Shown here: positions 26,177 through 32,000 of the stretch, one piece after another
Numbering within the stretch: the stretch's first letter is position 1
Layout: each line of letters begins with the position of its first letter
From: Candidatus Altimarinota bacterium
GTDB lineage: Bacteria > Patescibacteriota > Gracilibacteria > UBA1369
Direction of reading: 5' to 3'
Assembly: GCA_041659405.1 (NCBI GenBank)
Contig: JBAZYK010000013.1
Coordinates: 1 to 32,000, forward strand
DNA length: 32,000 nucleotides
Made by a program: the position numbers and the translations under genes
The notes under the pieces: model-generated
Databases searched by the model: none
What the model was told of the DNA's origin: nothing
Seen by the model: only the letters and a program-made list of their open reading frames with translations

Positions 26177-28018
26177 TTACTTTAAAAAGCGGTCTTCCAG
26201 GTTATTAGTCTCGGCGTAAGCCTTAATAATCGCCAAAAAATCCGGCCCATATTCGGCCAATTTCATTCTTCCCACGCCCGTAATAAAGGCAAAAGTGTCA
26301 TTACTTTGCGGCAGATAGAAAGACATTTCCTGCAACGAAACATCGCCAAAAATAATAAATGGCGGAACCCGTTTTTTATCGGCAATACCCTTTCGCAGTA
26401 CGCGCAGTTGTTCAAACAGTGGGCGATGATAATCCAAAACCACAGTGGCCGCATTTTTCTTGACCCTGGCCCTATTTACGGTTGCCACATGCAAAGAATC
26501 CCTTGCCACAGTTGGCCTGCTTAGAAAGATTTTTTCACGCGTGTTCAGGCAAACTCTGCCTTCTTCCGTCACTTTTAACACCGGATATTCTCCGGTAGTT
26601 TTTTGCAGAATTTTATTGGCGATGAGTAGCTCAATAATCTGACGAAGTTCTTCCGCCTTTTCGTCTTTGGCAACCCCAAAAACCGATAATTTTTGATGCT
26701 GGCGTTCACGAGTTTTTTCGGTTTCTTTTCCACGCAAAACATCAACAATATAAGTTAGCCCAAAGCGTTCTTCCGTGCGTAAAATTGCCGAAAGAATTTT
26801 CCAGGATATTCCGGTGGCATCAAAACTTTCCTTTGTAGCAAGGCAATTATCGCAACCCTGACAATTTTCCTGGATCTGATTTTCGCCAAAATATTTCAAA
26901 AGATAAGCGCGCCGGCAAGTTTGAAGCTCGGCATACTGAATAATCTGAGCCAGTTTCTCCGCCGCGCCCTTGCGCTGATCCGGATCCGCAATCTGATTTA
27001 TAAAAAAATTATGTTTGATTTTATCGCCATAGGAATAAAAAAGCACACACTCGCTTGGAAGCCCGTCACGTCCCGCACGGCCCGTTTCCTGATAATAAGA
27101 TTCAACGCTCTTCGGCAAATCAAAATGTACAACTAAACGTACATTTGGCTTGTCTATGCCCATTCCAAAAGCAATCGTGGCCACGATAATTGAAGTTTCA
27201 TCGTGGATAAATTTTTCCTGGGTGTCTTTGCGCTTTTCCGCATCCAGACCTGCATGATAAGGCAAAGCCCGTAAATTTTCTTCCTGCAGTCTTTCCGCAA
27301 TTTCTTCCGTTCTTTTTCGCGAAAAACAGTAAATAATCACCGACTCGTTTTCGTATTTTTTCAACAAAACCACCAGTTCTTCCAGCGCTTTTTTCTTTGG
27401 CCTCATCTGGTACGTAAGATTGCTTCGATTAAAACTGGAAAGAAAAGTTTTAGCTTTAGAAAGTCCCAGTTGTTCAATAATATCCAAACGTACTTTATCC
27501 GTAGCCGTAGCGGTTAGTGCCATCAACGGCACTTTTGGAAAATTCTTCCGTAAAGATTTTAAATTTCGATATTCCGGACGGAAATCATGCCCCCATTCCG
27601 AAATACAATGCGCTTCATCAATCGCGATCAGATCAAGTTTAAGTTTATGCAAAAAATCCTGAAAAGCGGGCAGAGCCAAGCGTTCCGGAGTCACATATAA
27701 AATTTTGATTTGCCCCTTTTTCAATCGAAACTCAATATTTTGATGAGCCTCAAAAGATAAAGTACTATTAATAAAGGCAGCCGGAATACCGTTGCTGTTC
27801 AAGGAATCGACCTGATCCTTCATTAAAGCTATCAAAGGCGAAATCACCAAAGTAAGGCCCGGAAAAGCCAGCGCGGGTAACTGATAGCAAAGTGATTTTC
27901 CTCCACCTGTAGCCATAATTACCAGCGCTTCTTGCTTTTGTAGGATGTGATAAATAATTTCTTCCTGTAAAGGACGGAATTTATCATACCCAAAATGGGT
28001 TTTGAGTAATTTTTGCAT
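26177..28018 (-). CDS. recQ: ATP-dependent DNA helicase RecQ
   Basis: FRPLQEEIIY, MATGGGKSLCYQLPAL, DEAHCISEWGHDFRPEY, YYQETGRAGRDG, Cys residues of the RecQ zinc region (CRRAYLLKYFGE...CQGCDNC), C-terminal HRDC-like region. Confidence 0.95.
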   Translation of the reverse strand: MQKLLKTHFGYDKFRPLQEEIIYHILQKQEALVIMATGGGKSLCYQLPALAFPGLTLVISPLIALMKDQVDSLNSNGIPAAFINSTLSFEAHQNIEFRLKKGQIKILYVTPERLALPAFQDFLHKLKLDLIAIDEAHCISEWGHDFRPEYRNLKSLRKNFPKVPLMALTATATDKVRLDIIEQLGLSKAKTFLSSFNRSNLTYQMRPKKKALEELVVLLKKYENESVIIYCFSRKRTEEIAERLQEENLRALPYHAGLDAEKRKDTQEKFIHDETSIIVATIAFGMGIDKPNVRLVVHFDLPKSVESYYQETGRAGRDGLPSECVLFYSYGDKIKHNFFINQIADPDQRKGAAEKLAQIIQYAELQTCRRAYLLKYFGENQIQENCQGCDNCLATKESFDATGISWKILSAILRTEERFGLTYIVDVLRGKETEKTRERQHQKLSVFGVAKDEKAEELRQIIELLIANKILQKTTGEYPVLKVTEEGRVCLNTREKIFLSRPTVARDSLHVATVNRARVKKNAATVVLDYHRPLFEQLRVLRKGIADKKRVPPFIIFGDVSLQEMSFYLPQSNDTFAFITGVGRMKLAEYGPDFLAIIKAYAETNNLEDRFLK

Positions 28019-28027
28019 GAATCAAGT

Positions 28028-28705
28028 CTAAGCTTTAGCCACCTTTTTAGCCTTAGGCTTAGAAGCTTTGACCTTTTTTTCCTCAACCGGTGCTTTTTCA
28101 GTTTCTTTAGGTTGAGCAGTTTCCTTAGCCTGTACCGGTTCTTTTGCCTTAACCGTTTCTTTAGCAGGAGCTGTTCCTTTAGAAGCAGAAGTCATCATCA
28201 TCAAGATTCTATCAAGTTTGATATTTAAGATATCAAGCTGTTCTTTATATTGATCAGGACCTTTGTTGTTGCTGCCGGCATTGCCACCTTTTTTAAAGCA
28301 ATTATTGCAGAAAACTGGCTTATCGCCACTTGGTCTAAAAGGAACTTCACAAGACTCACCGCAATCGGTGCATGTTGCCTCGTGCATTTCAGGTCTTGAA
28401 TCTCTGCCAAAGCCGGAATCCCTGTCTCTGCCAAAACTTCTACCTCTGTCACCACCACGGTCATCTGTTCTGCGTGGGCTGGAATCGCCACCTTTTTTAA
28501 AGCAGTCACTGCAATAAACAGGCCTGTCATTACTTGGCTTGAAAGGAACTTCGCAAGAACTTCCACAGTCGCCACAAGTTGCCTTGTGCATTGTGAAATT
28601 GCTTGGACCTCTGTCGCTAAAGCTTCTTTTACCAAAGTCTCTGTTACCTCCACCAAACGACCTACCGCCGCCACTTCCACCTCTGTTTGATCTGTCGAAT
28701 CCCAT
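28028..28705 (-). CDS. Protein with two CxxC-x17-CxxC zinc-ribbon domains, Gly/Arg-rich linkers and K/A/E-rich tail
   Basis: HKATCGDCGSSCEVPFKPSNDRPVYCSDCFKK and HEATCTDCGESCEVPFRPSGDKPVFCNNCFKK. Confidence 0.85.
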   Translation of the reverse strand: MGFDRSNRGGSGGGRSFGGGNRDFGKRSFSDRGPSNFTMHKATCGDCGSSCEVPFKPSNDRPVYCSDCFKKGGDSSPRRTDDRGGDRGRSFGRDRDSGFGRDSRPEMHEATCTDCGESCEVPFRPSGDKPVFCNNCFKKGGNAGSNNKGPDQYKEQLDILNIKLDRILMMMTSASKGTAPAKETVKAKEPVQAKETAQPKETEKAPVEEKKVKASKPKAKKVAKA

Positions 28706-28937
28706 AAAAAAAGGATAAAAAATAAATTCCGTTAAGTCTTGGACTGTAGGAATCTACTAAGCACCCTACAAAACTCTACCTATTGGCTTGCGCATATTAC
28801 CTAATATATTCAAATATAACAACCCCATTTTAAAAAACCGCAATTATTAGCCATTATTCCATTTGCGCAAGAGCTCTTTTTAACCTTAGCGGTCATCAAG
28901 GCTGAAACCGATTTTAAGCATCACCAAAACGCTTGCA

Positions 28938-28956
28938 AATGCAATACAGTTGCATT
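28938..28956. promoter_or_regulatory. Perfect 7-5-7 inverted repeat upstream of zinc-transporter gene; candidate Zur/metalloregulator box
   Basis: AATGCAA-tacag-TTGCATT, 38 nt upstream of the likely ATG at 28994. Confidence 0.5.
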
Positions 28957-28993
28957 ATGATTGACTCAGTTTTTAACTCTTTTACCGTTCAAA

Positions 28994-29926
28994 ATGAAAA
29001 GACACCTCGCGTACATATTTATGATCCCTGCTTTACTTTTTGTGGGCTGCGGCCAGCCACAGAATGTGCCCGGAAATTCCTCCACCTTAAAAATCATCAC
29101 CAGTTTTTATCCAATTTATGAAATAGTGAAACAGGTTGGGGGAGCCAATGTAACCATTCAAAATCTTGTTCCGGCAGGCGCGGAACCGCACGACTACGAG
29201 CCAACTCCCCAAGAAATTGTGAATCTTAATCAGGCTGATTTGGTGGTTTATAATGGAATGGGCCTGGAACCATGGGCGGACAAAATCATCCCCGAGCTTC
29301 AGCAAAATGGCTCAAAAACTTTAAATCTTTCCGATTATTTTAAAAATAATGCCATTACAAATAGTCCCAAAACACCTGGAGATGCGGAATATCTGCCTTT
29401 TGACCCACATTTATGGCTGGATCCGGTTAATTATCAAAAAGAAGTTCAAACAGTTACGCAAAAATTGGTAGAGATAGATCCAAATCATCAAACAGACTAT
29501 CAACAAAATTCGCAGAAATTTATTAAACAACTTCAGGAGTTGGACCTTGCTTACCAAAATGGCTTTAAAAGCTGCAAATTAAACAGTTTTGTCACAAGTC
29601 ACGCTGCTTTTGCCTATCTTGCCAATCGTTATCATCTAAAGATGGTCGCAATTTCCGGCCTTTCCCCCGATGCCGAGCCTTCTTCCAAAGTTATGGCCGA
29701 ACTGACCAATTTAATCCGGCAAAACAACATTCAATATATTCTTACCGAAAGCCTGGTTAGCCCTAAAATTGCCGATACTTTAGCGCAGGAAACAGGCACC
29801 AAAACTTTAATTTTAAATCCGTTGGAGGGATTAACCGACCAGGAAATCGCCAAAGGTAAAAATTACGTGAGTGTGATGCAGGACAATCTTAGGAGTCTGC
29901 AAACAGCACTTGAGTGCGGAAATTAA
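28994..29926 (+). CDS. Zinc/manganese ABC transporter substrate-binding lipoprotein (ZnuA/TroA-like)
   Basis: Signal/lipobox MKRHLAYIFMIPALLFVGCG; GAEPHDYEPTPQE, DPHLWLDP, NSFVTSHAAFAYLANRY. Start moved from the track start 28961 to the ATG at 28994. Confidence 0.9.
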   Translation: MKRHLAYIFMIPALLFVGCGQPQNVPGNSSTLKIITSFYPIYEIVKQVGGANVTIQNLVPAGAEPHDYEPTPQEIVNLNQADLVVYNGMGLEPWADKIIPELQQNGSKTLNLSDYFKNNAITNSPKTPGDAEYLPFDPHLWLDPVNYQKEVQTVTQKLVEIDPNHQTDYQQNSQKFIKQLQELDLAYQNGFKSCKLNSFVTSHAAFAYLANRYHLKMVAISGLSPDAEPSSKVMAELTNLIRQNNIQYILTESLVSPKIADTLAQETGTKTLILNPLEGLTDQEIAKGKNYVSVMQDNLRSLQTALECGN

Positions 29927-29994
29927 TGTGAAATATTTTTAGCCACCGGGTGTAATATAGGTGTACAGATAAAATTCCCGCTAAATTCTGCTCG

Positions 29995-30570
29995 ATGAAA
30001 ATACCCGAAGCTCAGCTGACTGATGAACAAATAGCGCTATTGGTACAACAAGGAGATAAAGAAAAATTCGGGTTCTTGATGGATCGATACGAACAGAAAC
30101 TTTTCCGCTACGGCAAAAAATTTCTTTTTGATTGGCATAATATTGAGGATCTGATTCAGGAGATCTTTTTAAAAGCTTATCAAAATATTAAAAGTTTTGA
30201 TGTTTCACAAAAGTTTTCTCCCTGGATTTACCGCATTGCCCACAATTCATTTATCAATGCCATCAAGAAAACCAGCAGAAGCCCCCTTTCGTTTTTTGAT
30301 TTTGATACACTGATCCCTCATCCGGAACATATTGATGAAGTAGCTCAGGAACATGATCGTAAAGCGATGCGTAAAATCATTGATCAGGGACTTCAAAAGC
30401 TCTCATCAAACTATCGGGAAATTATTATTTTATTTTATCTTGAAGAACTGAGTTACAAAGAAATCGGAGACATCCTTCATGTTCCACCTGGGACGGTTGG
30501 AATTCGCCTGCAAAGAGCCAAAAAACAGCTTAAAGAAAATTTACCGGCAGATGTAAAACTTCACCTATGA
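29995..30570 (+). CDS. ECF-type RNA polymerase sigma factor
   Basis: 191 aa; DLIQEIFLKAYQNIKSF (sigma2), ISYKEIGDILHVPPGTVGIRLQRAKKQLKE-type sigma4 (LSYKEIGDILHVPPGTVGIRLQRAKKQLK). Confidence 0.9.
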   Translation: MKIPEAQLTDEQIALLVQQGDKEKFGFLMDRYEQKLFRYGKKFLFDWHNIEDLIQEIFLKAYQNIKSFDVSQKFSPWIYRIAHNSFINAIKKTSRSPLSFFDFDTLIPHPEHIDEVAQEHDRKAMRKIIDQGLQKLSSNYREIIILFYLEELSYKEIGDILHVPPGTVGIRLQRAKKQLKENLPADVKLHL

Positions 30571-31340
30571 ATAAAATACCACCACAATCAGACCCAAGCG
30601 CGAGCTCCATTCCTGAAACATTGCACGAGAAATTTAAAAATTCCGTGCTTGATAAAATTAAAAAAGGCGAAGTTCACATGCGTCCCAAAGCTTATTTTGT
30701 GCTCAAATTAATACTTTTGATTACAGTTGGTGTTTTGGCTTTGCTGACATCTTCAGTGCTGATTAGTTTCATTATTTTTAGTGTAAACGTCAGCGGGAAA
30801 ATGTTTTTGTTAGGATTTGGTGCACGCGGAATTAGCATGTTCTTTTTGCTTTTCCCCTGGAAAATTCTGGTAATAAATGTTTTACTTTTATTTTTATTGG
30901 AATGGCTGATTAAACGTTTTCAATTTGGGTATCGCCGACCTTTTATTTATCTTTTATCATGTGCCTTGGCAATCAGCATTGTTGCCGGACTTATCATCAA
31001 TGCAACTCCACTTCATCAAGCTATATTAAAATCAAACGAAGAAAGGCATTTGCCGGTAATTGGATCATTTTATGAACATTTAAGAAGGCCGACCGATGGC
31101 AGAGATGTGGTCAGAGGAGTGGTAATCACCATTTCCGGAAACTCATTAACACTTCAGGCTGATGATCTTGATAACGATCATGATGACGGTATCAGAAAAG
31201 TTATTATGGCACCGCCAATTCAAATTCCAAATTTTATCAAAATTGGGGACTTGATTTTCGTAGCGGGTGATCTTAGGGATGATCAAATTTTTGCCTTTGG
31301 TATAAGAAAAATCGAACCTAATGTGGGTAATCGGAAATAA
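30567..31340 (+). CDS. Multi-TM membrane protein, candidate anti-sigma factor
   Basis: 257 aa; ATGA overlap with the sigma gene, N-terminal LHEKFKNSVLDKIKKGEVHMRPKAYFVLK then three hydrophobic segments and a soluble C-terminal domain. Confidence 0.65.
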   Translation: MNKIPPQSDPSASSIPETLHEKFKNSVLDKIKKGEVHMRPKAYFVLKLILLITVGVLALLTSSVLISFIIFSVNVSGKMFLLGFGARGISMFFLLFPWKILVINVLLLFLLEWLIKRFQFGYRRPFIYLLSCALAISIVAGLIINATPLHQAILKSNEERHLPVIGSFYEHLRRPTDGRDVVRGVVITISGNSLTLQADDLDNDHDDGIRKVIMAPPIQIPNFIKIGDLIFVAGDLRDDQIFAFGIRKIEPNVGNRK

Positions 31341-31416
31341 TAAATGAAATAATCTTGTCCGAGAGGGTGTAGTAGTAAGTGTCGCGACTGATTATTATTT
31401 ATTAAACTCAAAATCT

Positions 31417-31974
31417 ATGAATAAGAAATTATTGGCATCCGGAAGTGCGTTTGTAGTTTTACTTATGGTAGGCTCCGGCATCGGTTTTGCCCAAGTGGCT
31501 CCTACAGAATCGTCTACTGCAGATCAAGAAAATACTTCAAAAGGAGCTTGGCATTTTAACCATAACTTTAAGCCAAATTCAAATTCGGACGCAGGTATGA
31601 CTATGCTTGCAACCAAACTTGGCCTTAATGCCGATCAGGTTAAACGGAAGCTGCAATCAGGGAAAAGTTTCAAACAGATTCTTGCTGACCGTGGCATTAC
31701 TCGCAATCGCCATTTTGGCGGTGGATTAATGGCTCCTGAAATGCTTCAGGCACAGGCTAATGCTTTGGGTATTACGGTTGATCAACTAAAACTGGATTTA
31801 AAAAACAAGCAAACTCCACGCCAGATTGCCACCACTCAAGGGCTTACTATCGCGCAATTTAACCAAAAGCTCGCTCAACAACTTCAAACAATGATTCAAA
31901 ATGGAACAATCACCGGCGACAAAGTTACTTTCTTTAACCGCATTATTAAAAGATTGAACCAGCCTAAACAATAA
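31417..31974 (+). CDS. Exported protein with signal peptide and repeated helical LGxxxDQxKxxL units
   Basis: 185 aa; MNKKLLASGSAFVVLLMVGSGIGFAQ signal; repeats LATKLGLNADQVKRKLQSGKSFKQILADRG and QANALGITVDQLKLDLKNKQTPRQIATTQG. Confidence 0.75.
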   Translation: MNKKLLASGSAFVVLLMVGSGIGFAQVAPTESSTADQENTSKGAWHFNHNFKPNSNSDAGMTMLATKLGLNADQVKRKLQSGKSFKQILADRGITRNRHFGGGLMAPEMLQAQANALGITVDQLKLDLKNKQTPRQIATTQGLTIAQFNQKLAQQLQTMIQNGTITGDKVTFFNRIIKRLNQPKQ

Positions 31975-32000
31975 CCCGAGCCAACCGCTTGCCCCATATG

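Noticed and set aside
28225-28680. Plus-strand 151-aa repetitive ORF opposite the CxxC protein
   Set aside because: Its internal repeat mirrors the duplicated zinc-ribbon coding region on the minus strand; the minus-strand frame has conserved Cys motifs.
28711-28800. TGTAGG...CCTACA inverted repeat upstream of the CxxC protein gene
   Set aside because: Only 6-bp arms with a long (~14 nt) loop and no U-tract; could easily be chance.
1-32000. CRISPR array, tRNA, rRNA or retron-like reverse transcriptase
   Set aside because: No regularly spaced repeats of 23-40 bp, no RT motif (YxDD) ORF and no recognisable tRNA cloverleaf sequence were seen by eye. A tRNAscan/Infernal run would be needed to exclude small RNAs.

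Overview
This 32 kb window comes from an AT-rich bacterial genome. Several gene families suggest a Patescibacteria/CPR-like organism, but that is inference. Main blocks: (1) 1-121 (-): the end of an IS3-like element, read manually as an inverted-repeat-like end plus an OrfA start. (2) 162-5792 (-): a tightly packed five-gene operon encoding a MetRS with an acidic N-terminal extension, a PLP group II decarboxylase, a nucleotidyltransferase, a HisC-like aminotransferase and a 2H phosphoesterase/LigT-like protein. It is the best candidate here for an undescribed metabolic or tRNA-linked system. (3) 5966-9455: a Cys-rich multi-knuckle protein, a Fic protein with a C-terminal MerR-like HTH, and a DEDDh exonuclease. 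(4) 9558-13043 (-): a UvrD/AddA-like helicase-nuclease. (5) 13106-23722 (+): a type I R-M locus (hsdM, hsdS, hsdR) interrupted by rloA-like ATPase, rloB-like TOPRIM, a translationally coupled pair of unknown genes (284 aa Abi-C/HEPN-like plus 327 aa with a possible TM segment), a 189 aa unknown flanked by two hsdS C-terminal tails, a frameshifted small ORF, a HEPN-like 177 aa ORF and a 63 aa ORF. (6) Housekeeping genes: ABC-F, engB, recQ, a CxxC-x17-CxxC protein, a zinc ABC transporter substrate-binding protein, an ECF sigma factor with a coupled membrane protein, and an exported repeat protein. No CRISPR array, tRNA or rRNA was recognised. All family calls come from motif reading only; no database search was done.
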